64,000 bases of DNA, taken from NCBI RefSeq assembly GCF_964204645.1, contig NC_134028.1, forward strand, positions 18,483,653 to 18,547,652, in the 5' to 3' direction. This document shows positions 1-13,485 of this stretch, one piece after another; the stretch's first letter is position 1, and each line of letters begins with the position of its first letter. The DNA comes from Tubulanus polymorphus (Eukaryota; Animalia; Nemertea). The notes beneath the pieces were generated by a model, which saw only the letters and a program-made list of their open reading frames with translations, did no database searches and was not told the origin of the DNA. The translations under genes and the position numbers were made by a program.

Positions 1-710
1 TTCAACTGTTGCCGGTGCCGACTAACCATTTCAGGATTATTGTTCATTGAACGTGGACTACAACGATTCTTAGATGATCGTGTTATTTCTAGTGATGAGT
101 TCTACGGACTACCATGACAAGAGTTCCTGTGTTATTGGGCACTAACGCATTGAAGTGTTTCGGTTCTGTTCTGTTGGTTTCGACCGACTCAAGTATCGAT
201 GGTTCTACATGTTATGTTAAACTACCCGTTGTGTGGATGTTAACCCAAATTCCGAGGTTACCATTCACAGGTTAGTTCGATCTTCTGTAAATAGTAATTT
301 TAATTGTTTTATGACGTCCAGCGACTCTCTTGTGATTCCAGGATCTCTCTCCGTTTTTCCCACTGTGTCTGTACTCCCAGATGTACGATGCTGTAGAGTT
401 GCAGTTCGCCTGAGGAACACCGGTGAGAAGAAAGTCACCATACCGAACAAGACAGTGATCAGCAGTATAGGTCCTGTCACGGAGGTTGTTTCAGGCGATG
501 TCAACACGTGTTTAGAAGAAACTAAGGTGAGGAAGTAATGGACGAGGAGTTCCTTAAATCGATTGATCTAACTGGAGTTTCGACTGATGAGGAGAAAGAC
601 ATGCTAAAACAACTGCTCACTAAGTGGAAGCATATCTTTGCACTCGATGATTTAGATTTAGGGACAACCAACAAAGTTGAATCACACCATTGGAATGACA
701 GACGATGAAC
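1..710 (+). pseudogene. Host Gypsy pol fragment 1 (protease-to-RT linker), degenerate
   Basis: Reads ...STDEEKDMLKQLLTKWKHIFALDDLDLGTTNKVESH..MTDDE and continues in frame at 14896 as PINFRYRHVPPGMVEEV once the nested element and one GAAC copy are removed. Confidence 0.85.
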
Positions 711-1804
711 TGTCATGCCGGACATTACTACTTTAAAAATATTGGATTTTTTTTATTTCAGTAATTCATTAAAATATTTATAATACATTATATTCTTAAT
801 TTCTATTTTTCAATGTATTGTAGTATTCTTATTCATATCAATATAGGATAGGATAGGATAGGATTGTAAATTTCTATAGCGCCTTGTAAATAGCAGGGCT
901 ATTATCAAAGGCGCTCTCCAGACGAAGATGGTGACTTGAACAGAAATGTCTTGAGCTGTGCTTTGAATGCTGGCAGAGAGTCAATATCACAGAGAGGTTG
1001 CGGAAGGGAGTTCCACACTGTAGGTGCAATATCATTTTATCTCTCTTTTGTGTTAATTATCGATGGTTATAATGCTTGTATAATAATGAAGACATGGACT
1101 TGTTTGGTGTCTAGAACTCAGCGGTAATTAGCAGACTGATGTTTGATAGTTTGGTTGTTGTCAGTCTGTGACTTATTAATTAATTAACAGACTGACACTA
1201 GACTACTCATCGCTGACCAAACGGCCACACAGTTTTTCCTGCATCATATAAAAAGGGTAGCTTTTACAAGCATGTCATTCTACTCTGATGCACGGACAAA
1301 TAAATACTGTTCTGACAACTGTATGTTATTTGGAATTTGTCTATTTCTTTAAAGGTGAGCGTATTTTATTAGTGTTATAGCTTAGGCCGAAGTAATTTAT
1401 AAAATGGCTTGTATTTCTGAGAGAATCTATTATTATTAAAGATTTTTGATTTAGATAGTAAGAGGATATTAGATATAAATTCTTCAAAGAAATGAAAGAT
1501 ATTCAATTTATGTAATAATATTTTACTAATAACATAATGTATTATAGTTCATATTTCTGATAATGAAATGTATGATTAGTCAGTTATTTGCAAGTTACTT
1601 ATCATAATTATTACTCATTATTCATAACTAAACAATTAGCAACCAAATCTTATATTATCTGTAAACTGTCATTCTACTCTGATGCACAGTCAAATAAATA
1701 CTGATCTGACAACTGTATGTTATTTGGAATTTGTCTATTTCTTTGAAGGAGCTAGTTCCCCTCGCTCTGCGGCAAGCAACGGCAAACGAACACCCCGCAC
1801 GACC
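711..1804 (+). repeat. 5' LTR of nested Gypsy (contains an L2 3'-end insertion and an internal ~85-bp direct repeat)
   Basis: Colinear with 11360-12080 plus 14696-14891. The segment TGTCATTCTACTCTGATGCAC..AAATAAATACTG occurs twice in each LTR (~1273 and ~1667; ~11743 and ~14755). Confidence 0.92.
845..1026 (-). mobile_element. 5'-truncated L2-clade LINE 3' end with (TCCTA)n tail, inserted in the 5' LTR
   Basis: Minus strand reads APTVWNSLPQPLCDIDSLPAFKAQLKTFLF. Absent from the 3' LTR. TSD CAATAT at 839-844 and 1027-1032. Confidence 0.85.
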
Positions 1805-1805
1805 C

Positions 1806-1814
1806 TGGTGGAGA
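1806..1814 (+). promoter_or_regulatory. Primer-binding site TGGTGGAGA (complementary to a tRNA-Ala-type 3' end)
   Basis: Lies 1 nt after the 5' LTR. It is the reverse complement of UCUCCACCA. Confidence 0.65.
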
Positions 1815-2683
1815 GGAAAGAATACCTCTCAGTACCTCTCATGTCTTGTAAAAATCCGATGAACCAATACCAACTACGATCAGGTATAACGCACCAACCT
1901 ACAACAAGTACTGGAACAACGCCTACGTCTACTTCTAAAGATAAGCAAATAGCCCAGCCATCGAGAAACCTAAGCAAAACAGCACATCTACCCAGAAATC
2001 TACAGCAACTTCAAGTCACGCTAGAAGTAAAATCGCTACTATAATGCCAGCTATGGGAAAATTTAATCGTTTTGATGGTTCATCAAACGTGTAAATTTGG
2101 CTGAAAGAATTTGAAGATTATTGTGTGCTAAAAAATGTGCCTCCAGCGAAGCAAATACACATGATATTGGGTTATGTTTGTGGACCATGTCAGACATGGT
2201 GGCATAATCTAAATGATGCTCAAAAGGTATCTTATGAAGCAGTAAAACCACTTTTTAAGGCTAGGTTTAAAAGTCGCCCTCTCGAGACACTAATTGGAAT
2301 TAAACAATAACATAATGAGGAGGTTTCCGATTATCTACATCGAATTGAACAAGTTGCTACTGGATTAGATTCAGCTTTGGTTATTGAACACGCAATTCAG
2401 GGCCTGAAACAAGAGCTTCAACTTCCCGCTAGGATTCAGAAATGTGCTACTCTGGATGCCCTACGTGAACATTTTGAAATAATTTACTGCGCAGCACCAT
2501 CACACCATTCCGATTCCGCTATAGTAAATGCTTTAGCTGCGATATCTGGAACAATGACCGAACTTGTGTCGATGATAAAAGGACAAAAGCCTACTGTGAA
2601 CTTCACGCATCATCAAGCAGAAAAGCAGCAGCATCATCAACAAAAACAACAACAAAAATGCCAAAGATGTGGTAAGTTACATA

Positions 2684-5600
2684 CAGTGGCGGATTTAGGG
2701 GGGGAGCACACGGGGCACGTGCTCCCCCCCTAAAAGTCACAGCAAAAAAAATTGGACCTACCTTTTCAAGCCAAATGAGTAAAAAAATTATTATGTGAGC
2801 CCACAAGAGAAATATTGACATTTCTATATATTAAATAGTCTGTGAAAAATCCCCTCGGCCTCAAGTTGAAGTAGTCGCGGACTATTACTAATTACATGTA
2901 CCATTATCAAGGAGCTATGACGTATTTATAATTGAATGTTTATCATAGATAAGGCCAGTTCTGATTTTACTTTTGAAGTGTGAAATAGACATTGGCTTGC
3001 AAGCTTTCTGCCAATTTTTCAACTTGACGAATCAGTGATGAGTCGATTGTGATTATCATATGCGAATTTGTTGAATTATTCTTATTTGTGTGTTTTTTTA
3101 TTTTGCAGATGAAAAAGCAGACGAGTATTTCTTTGTTCTTTGGATCCACAAGTACCGGTCTAGATGCTAGTGTAAGAAAACAGGGAACTGATGAAACATT
3201 CACCCCTCCACCCGCACCCAAAAGAACAAAAAATGACATTCCGATTCCATCTGATAATTGTGATATTGGATTAATTGAAGACATAGCTAGCCTTAATGCC
3301 GATGAAAAGTATAAATTATTACGGAAACACTTCGTTCCTGGTGAAAATTACTATTTCCCGACGACTCTATACCAAAATAAGAACAGGAGGTTTAGTGTAG
3401 ATTGGCTAACTAAAAAGCAATATGCAGGCCTGGTATATTCAAAGGCCAAAGAATTGTATATATTGTTGTCTGTTTGGGTCAAGTGATCTCGGAATACTAT
3501 CTATATCTCCATTGACGGATATGAAACACGCCCATGCTCGATTAGGGGCTCATTACGGAACTGATAAAAAGGAACCAAAAAAAACTCACCTTGAGGCATG
3601 TGAAAAGGCATTGCAGTTTCTAAATGTACATGAAAACAAGCAAAAAACTGTCGTGGAGCTGAGTAATAAGAATGCTTTAGAAAAGATAGAAAGAAACCGT
3701 ACTGTCTTATCATCCGTGATAAAAACAGTCTTACTTTGTGGTAGACAGAATATAGCACTGCGGGGCCATCGAGATGATTCCCGACACATAAGTGATCCTG
3801 ATATAAATTCCGGAAATTTCCAGGCATTAATTGATTTCCGTATGGATGCTGGGGATTCTGTTCTCTCGGATTACCTTGCCACCGGACCAAAAAATGCCAC
3901 ATACCGTTCAAAAACAATCCAGAACAGTATAATCCTGGCCATTGGCGATAATATTGTCGGAGGTTTGATTAATGAAATCAAAAGCTCACAATTTTACTCT
4001 ATATCAGCTGACGAAAAAGCGGACACTTCACACAGTGAACAACTAATTGTGGTTGTGCGATTTGTTGATTGCAACAAAGATATCAGAGAGGTTTTTCTTG
4101 GCTTTGTCAAAGTATCAAGTGATACAACTGGATTGGGATTGTCTTCAATAATTAAGAAAACCCTTGAAGCTTGGGGTTTGTCCCTCGAAAACTGTAGGGG
4201 TCAAACATATGATGGCACTGGTGGAATGGCTGGTGCTCAAAGCGGATGTGCTGCTCGAATAACTGCTGATTTTCCACTGGCAGTGTACACTCACTGCTAC
4301 AGTCATTGCTTGAACTTGATTCTCAACGACTGTGCTAAAAGCACATTAGTTAGAAATATGGTGGACTGTGCAGAAAAAGTCTATAAATTCTTCGACAATA
4401 GCCCCAAAAGAACAGATTATTTGGAAAATGTGATCAAAGAGGTATGCCCTTCAACGAAACAGAGACTGAAACAAATGTGTAGGACCCGTTTTGTTGAGCG
4501 ACACGATGCATTCGAGGTTTTTGTTGAGCTCTATCCAGCAATTGAAAGATGTTTCAGCGATATGTCAACCTCACAGAATTTCAACCGTGAAACCACCAGT
4601 GATGCCACGACGCTTTTGGCAGCTATAACACAATTCCAGTTCATTGTGACCCTGATTACTGTCAAAAACTGTATGGGCTATACAAAAGGGCTTTCAAAAA
4701 AGCTTCAAGGCAGATCTGAAGATATCTTGTCAGCATACAACAGCATTGAAATTGTTAAGGCAACTATCAAATCGGTTCGTTCAGATATAAATGCAGTATT
4801 TAGTAGCTGGTTTGAGGAGATTACAAATTTGGCAGCACAGAATGGCATAGCACCATCAAAATCACGTACCTGCAACCGTCAAACTCAGCGTGGAAATTAT
4901 CCTGCTGATACACCTGAAGAATATTATAGGAGAACTCTTGTTATTCCATACATAGATGGTCTTATCAGTGGACTAGAAACCAGATTCTCTACATTGAGTG
5001 TCATTGCTTCAGAGCCACTGAAGTTAATTCCAACAAATGTGCAGAATACCACACTTAATGATCTGAAATCGTTCATCAATCAGTACAAACAAGATTTGCC
5101 ATCCCCATGCGGTATAAGTTCCGAACTCCTCCTCTGGAAAACTCATTGTTCTCAAGTCATTGCTAATCTAGGGAAAGATGACAAGAAACCCAATACTGCA
5201 GCTCAGGCATTGAAATTATGTAATGAGGACGACTTTCCAAATATCTTTATGATGCTGAAACTAGTTTGCACATTAGGTGTGACAAGCTGTGAGTGTGAGC
5301 GGGCAAACTCTGAACTTGGACTACTCAAAACATATTTGAGAAGCACCATGACCCAGTCCAGAATGAATGGTTTAGCATTGATGCATGTCCATTATGGACT
5401 TACCTCTAAAGAAGGCTTTATCGACCGGGTAATAGCAACATTCAGCAGACAAAATGCCAGGAGAATGGTTTTAAATAATATAATTGATGATTGACTTGAT
5501 TTATTTCAAACCATTGATGATAAGTTTCAAATATAGTAGTTTATTGTATCCATTGAATATTTTACCGGTGATTAGCATAAATTGCTTTTGATAAAGGAAC

Positions 5601-6604
5601 ACTGATGTAAGTTGTTTTTGTGCGGTTTTATGTATTTGTGCAATTTTAAATATGTTTATAAATCTATTCATCTGTAATGTAACCTGCTGATAAGGACTTA
5701 AAGAAGTGCAATACATTCTTCTTTGTGTTGCCTTAGTCTATACAGTATTAAGGTCGTTAATTAACTTGTGCAAATGTAAAAATGTTTTTGTTTTAAAATT
5801 TGGATAGTTTTACTTTAATCTGATTGATTTTGACTAACTACTCAAAGTTATGCAATGTACAAGTAAATTTAATCAATCAGTGCAAATATAAATATGTTTT
5901 GTTTCAAAATCTGATAGATAATCTATGATTAATCTGTATTAAATGGAAATATTGAAGGTAACTGCTGATAAAAAGAAGTGCAATGTATCCTTCTTTGTGT
6001 TGCCTAGATTAGAAAGTATTATTATGGTCATCTATTAACCTGTGCAAATGTAAATATGTTTTTGTTTTTAAATTTGGATAGTTCTTTATCTGATTGATAT
6101 TCTATTATTTTAATAGTGTAACTCAAATTTTGTAATTGATACAAGTACATTATTAACATGTGCAAGTGTAAATATTATGTTTTAAATGTGAACAGTTTTA
6201 CCAGTTTTACCTATCTGATTGATTTGAATAGACTTAGTCAAATTCCATAAATACCAGTGTTAGTTTCTTTCTACATCTGATAAGTATGATTTAGGCATTT
6301 ATATCTAAGGAGTATATTTTTCTCAATATGTTTCAGGGTTTTACCTTCACTTCTTTAACCTCCTGACTGCCCTAAAATGGACACGAGGGCCCCAATTTCC
6401 CCCAATGTTTCAGGGCTTTCCCTTCATATATATGACCATATAACCAATCATCTTTGACCTGAGAAGTGCCCTAGAATGCATCCTGTGGGCCCTAATTTTC
6501 AAAATTTTCTGGGGGGAGGACCCCCCAACCCCCGTTTGTGACCTGAGATAATGTTCTGTATTTCATGGTGCTCTCCCCCTAAGAAAATCCTACATCCGCC
6601 CCTG
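2684..6604 (+). mobile_element. hAT DNA transposon (Tip100/Zaphod, P52rIPK-like group)
   Basis: Imperfect TIRs CAGTGGCGGATTTAGG (2684) and CCTACATCCGCCCCTG (to 6604) enclose a transposase. AT-rich subterminal repeats at ~5680-6200. Confidence 0.92.
3109..5494 (+). CDS. hAT transposase (TTF-type Zn finger, DUF4371-like core, hATC dimerisation domain) with one frameshift near 3455
   Basis: Motifs RRFSVDWL..YSK, CIYCCLF, RQNIALRGH, GNFQALIDFR, SISADE, RGQTYDG, HCYSHCLNL, CRTRF, SCECERANS, YLRSTMTQSRMNGLALMHVH. ORFs 3049-3486 and 3422-5494 overlap in different frames. Confidence 0.92.
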
Positions 6605-6958
6605 CACGACCTTCATATGGTATGTTCAGCAACTAATTTAAGGTGTTTCAAATGTCAACAATTCAGGCATCTTGCTGCTGTTTGCATAGAGTCTCCTCAT
6701 CATGGCCATCCAAGCAACCAGGATAATTTCAAGCCACGTAACGATTATAACAGGGGTTCATATTCCAATCATTATAATCAGTATAGCCAACAAGATTATT
6801 AGAGTAACCGAGGACCAAACCAAGCTTTCCCACATCCCAGAACATCTCGGTTTGACAACCAAAATAGGGGAGATTCTTCCCGGTTCAGAGGCCGTTCTAA
6901 TTACGGACACTGAAGAGGCGGGCCTGTCCAGAGCCACTCTGAAACTCAGGACAGGCTG

Positions 6959-9900
6959 GTGAAGAATGAAAAACCGACAGTTAATTTAGCTGTTCCATCA
7001 GAACGTAACACATGTATGGTTACTATTAATGAGAAACCCGTCCATGCTTTGATTGATACTGGAGCTTCTATCAGCTGTATAAGTAAACAAACACTAGATA
7101 GGTGTGATTTAGGATTACAAATAGTAGCTTCAGAATATAACTCCATAGTTGGCGTAGGTGGCGAATCTCATGATGTTCTAGGTAAAGTAAAAATACCTAT
7201 TTCCTTTGGTTCTTTGAAATTGCCTAACGAATTTCATGTTTTCCGGTTCTTAAAACCAACCAGTCATTATAGACATAGATTTTATGAAAGAATATGATAT
7301 TGACATTTCCATACCTAAAAAGGTTATTATCATCGGCGATAAACATGTTCATCGTATGGATACTAACGTAGTATTATCCAAAACGTTTCGTGGTACTACT
7401 ATCCCCGCTCATACTGCTAAATGTATCCAACTGAAGGTCAATAAAATGGTTAGGCAACAGTTAAACAAGATTTATATGTTAGAGCCAATGCCTACATTAA
7501 TTACTAACAATTTAGCAGGAGCTTGCACGCTGGTGCAATGTAATAGAGATAAAGTATATTTCAATGTAATGAATCCCACTGATCAAGAAATATATATACC
7601 GCCACATAAAGTTTTAGCAACGTTACATTGAGTTGAAGAAAGTTCTATTGAAGTACTCTCTGATGCAGAAAAATCAGTTATTCCTCATGTAGCGCCAATT
7701 CAAGTATCTACGACTAGTACAAATTCAAAATCTCAATCAAGATCTTGATATCAAATTCAATGTAGGTTCTGATAATTTAACTACCGACGAACAGTGTCAA
7801 TTGAAAGACTTTCTTCACTCTTATAGAGATGTATTTGCGACTAATATGTCTGATATAGGATGTACAAATCTATATAATCAGAGTATTGTTACGGGTGACA
7901 ACGTCCCTATACACCAATTGAAAACTAAAATAGATGAAGCGGTGTCCGAAATGCTTGAACACGATATTATAGGTCATAGTACATCTGAATGGGCTTCCCC
8001 TGTAGTAATGGTTAGGAAGAAGGGTACTGATGAATGGCGGTTTGCTGTTGATTACAGAGGCTTAAATTCATGCACTAAACCAATTAACTTCCCTATGCCA
8101 TGATTGGAAGATGTTTTAGACACCGTCGGCGAAAGTCAGGCTAAAATATTTAGCAACTTAGATTTAGCTAGTGGCTTCTGGCAGATACCAATGCACCCAA
8201 ATTCTCAAGATAAGGCAAGTTTTGTCACACATTCTGGCCAGTACTACTTTAAGAAGACACCGTTCGGTTTAATGAATGTTCCTATGCCATTTCAAATGGT
8301 TATGTCCAGGGCATTACAGGGTATTCATTCATTGGAAGTACGTTTTGTGTTACGTCGATGACCTTCTAATTTTCAGTACATCTTTCAAACAACATCTTGC
8401 CCATTTGGATGAAGTTTTCAGACGACTGCGACATGCTAAACTAAAATTAAAACCGTCAAAATGTTTCTTTGGTCGAAAAGAAGTTCAATATCTAGGGCAT
8501 ATTTTTGGTCAGGAAGGTATAAAAGTTGATAAGTCTAAAGCTCCAGCAGTCCAAAATTTAAAAGTACCGACAAATAAGAAAGGTGTAAAATCGTTCCTAG
8601 GGCTTTGTAATTACTATAAGCGATACATTGAAAATTTTTCCAATATTGCTGCACCATTAAATGAACTGTTGCAAAAAGACAAGAAAGATAAACATTTTGT
8701 ATGGAACTCTGCAGCCCAGAATGCATTTAAACTCCTTAAAAATAAACTTACTTCTGCACCGATATTGGGTTATCCTAACACGAAGACGAAATTTACATTA
8801 ACAACCGATGCTTCAGATAGCGCGATAGGTATGATATTGGGACAAAAAGACTCTGAGGGTAGCGATTATGTTATCTGTTATGGAAGTAGGTCCTTAAGTC
8901 CTACGGAACGAAAATGGACTATCACGGAAAGGGAATGTCTAGCCATAATTGAAGGTGTTGAGAAATTTGCCGAGTACCCAAAACATCAGGAATAGAGGAT
9001 GGGGTACTCTTCATTATCCCTGGACTTCAACAAAGCATAAACATAAGGAACCTATTGTACCAAACATTCTCAGGCATGATGTAATACTGTCTTACCATGA
9101 CAGCAAAGCTGGTGGCGGTCATTTAGGCGTCAAGAAAACATATGAACCTTTGAAAAACAATTACTTTTGGCATCGCATGTACTCTGAAATAGAGAAATAT
9201 GTAGGGACCTGCCACGAATGTCAATTACATAAGGCAAACTTTCATAATAAACCGCCATTATCGCCACTCCCTGTTGTAGATAAACTGCATCGTTGGCATG
9301 TAGATAAAATAGGGCCTCTTACCGAAACTACTGATGGTCATAAATATATCCTCCTAGTAGTAGAAAGTCTCTCCCGTTGGACTGAAGCATTTGCACTTAA
9401 GTCTCAAGATGCGAGTGAAGTAGGCAAGATTCTTTACAATCAGGTTTTTACGAGGTTGGATGCCACTCGCCAGCTCTTTAGCGATCGCGGCAGTAACTTC
9501 ATATCTAAGCTTGTCAATGCTCTTGCTCAATTGTTTCAAATCACCAAGACGAAAACTAGCTCTCATCCTCCACAATCGAATTCGGCATGTGAACACAATA
9601 ACTCTACGATTGAAGAAATATTGAGGTCTTACGTAATCTAAAGAACTGGGATGATATTTGTCTTCCAAGTGTCATGATGGCCCTTCGCTGTAGTATTTCG
9701 CCTGCAACAGGCTACTCATCATTTGAAATTATGATAGGACAACGCATGTCAATACCAATAGATACTTCGCTTATTCCTACTGATACATTAAATGTTAATA
9801 ATGTTAATCATAAAGCTGCAATTGAATATATCATTAACAAAATTAAACAAATTAAAGAAAATTCTAAACTGAATGTTAAAGATACTCAGCAAAAGGATAA

Positions 9901-10000
9901 GGCTAGATATGACAAACTCAACAACTTGATCAACGTACGGAAGGTCCTTACTATATCCATAAAGTGAATGGCAATTACACATACCATTTAACTAGGTGTT
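6959..10000 (+). pseudogene. pol of nested Gypsy (protease, RT, RNase H, integrase) with frameshifts, stops and a deletion near 8980
   Basis: ALIDTGASIS; WASPVVMVRKK, RFAVDYRGLN, LDLASGFWQ, CYVDDLLIF; LTTDASDSAIG, TERECLAI; HDSKAGGGHLG..CHECQ, WHVD, SDRGSNF. Confidence 0.95.
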
Positions 10001-10297
10001 CAGATAATATGGTTAGGAAAGGAGCTATTAATGCAAAACTTTTAATCATCTGATAAGGACAAGGTCAATTCTCGTCAAGAAAATTCAAATACTTCTGCAT
10101 CATCTGCTAATGATCAACATAATTCTGACGTCCCTAATTCTTCTAGTAACCTTGAAAATTCTAATGTCCACAACTCATCAAATAACCATAACAATTCATC
10201 TGTCCACGATCCGTTGAGAAATTCTAATGACCGGGATTTGTCGAATAACACTAGCCCAGATATTACTAAGTCACAACATGCTGCATTACCGCTCAAG

Positions 10298-10501
10298 TAT
10301 GCTGGTCAAATTGAACGCCTGATGTCCTACAAAATTGTAGATGGACAGATAATGTGGAAAGTTAAATATGCCGGTATACCAGGCAAACATGTGCTGCCCC
10401 ACGGAGATATTCCCCCAGTTCTAATTCGTGAGTTTCATATTCATCGTAGATCTGACGGACATAAGAAGAAACATTCTTATTTTCCTCGGGGTGATCGATA
10501 A
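10298..10501 (+). pseudogene. Chromodomain-like C-terminal extension of the integrase
   Basis: IERLMSYKIVDGQIMWKVKYAGIPGKHVLPHGDIPPVLIREFH follows the chromo pattern VE+I...G...YLVKW.G....W.P...I...LI.EF. It comes after an Asn/Ser-rich linker. Confidence 0.55.
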
Positions 10502-10791
10502 GTTCAAGGGTGGCGTATTCATTATTGAGTTCTTGTAGGATGAAATTCTCTTCTCCATTAATTATCAGTTTTTTTTTCTCAACCTGTGCTAGTTGTTTTG
10601 ATAGGGGAAATGCGCAATCCTCTAACTAAACACACCCATCCTTTGATAAATAATGAAGAACCGTATACAACTTGCAGGTAACACTGTGATGACTGCCCTC
10701 CTTATGCTTACGATCTTCACATCATTAACCTCACCATCTGCAGCTACGGGTCACCATCGCCATTGAAATCAGAAAATGCCCACTTTTATTT

Positions 10792-11244
10792 ATGACGTAC
10801 CAAAACCTTCTTAACAAGCCTGTCATTACATTTGCTGACGTTTTTGAGAAACCTGAGATTATTGTGTACCTCACCGTTTTGATAAATTTCCTTTTATTAC
10901 CGATAATATTGTTTACGTTGTTTTATGTGAAATCAGATCAAAATACTATTGAAATCACATCAGGATTACATTGCGTCACGTTCGAAATGGTCTCTTTGCC
11001 ATTATGTCCATCATATTGGGATATCAGAATGCCCCATCGTATATCTAACTTAAGAACCACTGGTTTCCTTGGCCTTCGGCTCAATTTTGATATTGACGGT
11101 ATGGAAATTACGAATCGCCTTTCTGGTAAAATCATTAATATTCCATGTAGATTTGAACTATCCTGGTTGCAGAGACAACCTTGCTTAAAATATTTTGTAT
11201 GCCTTTTTGTACTCAAATTGTTGTTGCTCATCAAGGTCATGTAA
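10792..11244 (+). pseudogene. Remnant of a third (env-like) ORF with a transmembrane segment
   Basis: Lies between pol and the PPT. Hydrophobic run IIVYLTVLINFLLLPIILFTLFYV is followed by a Cys-containing domain (EITSGLHCV..LPLCPSYW). Confidence 0.55.
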
Positions 11245-11350
11245 CTGCTCCATCATCTTTATGCCAGATTTTAGCTATGAATTGCCTGAGGCCAGTCATC
11301 AGCATTCACTGTAATCTTCTCATCTTTCCGGAGGAAAGATTTGGCGGCCA

Positions 11351-11359
11351 AGGGGGTGA
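11351..11359 (+). promoter_or_regulatory. Polypurine tract
   Basis: AGGGGGTGA immediately before the 3' LTR TG. Confidence 0.75.
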
Positions 11360-13485
11360 TGTCATGCCGGACATTACTACTTTAAAAATATTGGAATTTT
11401 TTATTTCAGTAATTCATTCAATTTTTATAATACATTATATTCTTAATTTCTATTTTTCAATGTATTGTAGTATTCTTATTCATATCAATATCATTTTATC
11501 TCTCTTTTGTGTTAATTATCAATGGTTATAGTGTTTGTATAATAATGAAGACATGGACTTGTTTGGTGTCTAGAAGCTGTTATTATGAGACTGATGTTCG
11601 ATAGTTTGGTTGGTGTCAGTCTGTCACTTATTAATTAATTAACAGACTGACACTAGACTACTCATCGCTGACCAAACTGTGAAATGCTCACCGGCCATAC
11701 AGTTTTCCCTGCATCATATAAAAAAGGTAGTTTTTACAAGCATGTCATTCTACTCTGATGCACGGACAAATAAATACTGATCTGACAACTGTATGTTATT
11801 TGGAATTTGTCTATTTCTTTTAAAGGTGAGAGTATTTATTAGAGCGATATAGCTTAGGCCGAAGTTATGTATAAAATGGCTCGTATTTCTGAGAGAATCT
11901 TGTATTATTAAAGATTTTTGATTTAGATAGAAAGAGGATATCAGATATAAATTCTGCAAAGAAATGAAAGATATTTAATTTATATAATAATATTTTACTA
12001 ATAACATAATGTATTATAGTTGATATTTCTGATAATGAAATGTATGATAAGTCAGCTATTTGCAAGTTACTTATCTTAATTAGGGTTTTCTGTTACATCA
12101 CAGAAAACCCTATTGAGATTCACGTGTTTCTCATTATTATTATTTTATGTCACACTATTTTCACTAAAAGAACTAAGGCTTTGTTACCTTGCCGCTGTTG
12201 TCGATACAATCCGTATGATATCGTTGAGCTCACTGAGATCTACAAATACTCTGCGTGTTTTTTCATGAATCATCGTTACAAAAGCACTGTCGGGCCGTAA
12301 ACATTGAAAATTTAGCCCCATTTAATGGGGCGACATGTTTTTCGAGTCATCATCCCGAAATCAACCCGCAGGCCGATTGTCACTTCGATTATCAATTCAA
12401 GTATAAATGAACTAATTTATTGCCGCAGACTTCACATTCAGCCGCGGTCTTCAAACAGTAATTTTAACAATAGCCCATTTTCCTCATCAAATCATATTAC
12501 CGATACACTGGACATTTACTACTTCAGATTTTAAAAGCACTTTCGAGCCGTAAACATCGACGAATCAACGTGTGTCACTACATCGTCGTTCTGGGGATCA
12601 GCTGCAAGTTTCTCCTCATCATGAGAATCAAATCGAGTACAAATTAATTTGTTACTACCAGTGATTTGGCTGCGGGTTTCAAGGAGTTAGTTTAATAATA
12701 CCTATTTTTCTTTACCAAATTAACCGTGTATTTACTAAGATAAATCTTAAGTGTACCGGGGAGTCGAAGGCTTAAACTAAACACGCCGAAGAGATATAGC
12801 GGAGAAAAGCTGTTATGTCGACGAGGTATCAAAATAAAAGAATACATTACTTTATTCGGCCGTGGGCTTCAACCTCTATATCAATACCATCAGTTCTCTA
12901 TATTTCCTACAGTACATACCGATAATTGTCAAATGCACAAGGTATTTACTAAATACAAGTATATAAAACACGTAAGCGTTCGCTGTGGGGGAAAGGAGAT
13001 CGTTCGCTGTGTCGCTTGAAGTATTTATCGAGTTTTACGCGACCTTAAGGCTTTAGGCCTACCGGTACTGACATTTACTGTCTCAAACAAACACAGTATA
13101 ATGTTGCGTTTATTAACGGACTCATTGGATTGAACTTCAAAACAAAATTTACGATATTTAGGAGGGTTGTTATTCAATAGGCCTACGACAAATCAGTCCG
13201 GATGTTAGGCCTACGCATTTACATAGGCTTACATAGGCTAGTAGCCTCTACTAGGTTAAAGCTAAGTTCACTGTATAGGAGGAACCAGATTTATTAAAAT
13301 GCATGTTAATTAGAGATTAACTGGTTCTGACTTGCAACGATCGATCACAATTATCTATTTTATTGGCAAAAATGAAGATTTTTTTGAAAATTTCGTCTGA
13401 GCAGACAGCTTTATAAGCCAGACTTTTCATTTGAGTTTTTTCATCATAAATGAAACTGGTATTTCATTAATTCCTAATGAGTTTA

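Larger units (their letters stand above)
2044..6910 (+). pseudogene. gag of nested Gypsy, split by the hAT insertion inside its Cys/His knuckle region
   Basis: MPAMGKF... with stops. CQRCGKLH before the insertion joins DLHMVCSATNLRCFKCQQFRHLAAVC after it. Confidence 0.8.

Noticed and set aside
3422-5494. Domesticated PRKRIR/THAP12 or ZMYM host gene
   Set aside because: It is bounded by TIRs, inserted in a gag gene and frameshifted, so it is a transposon copy.
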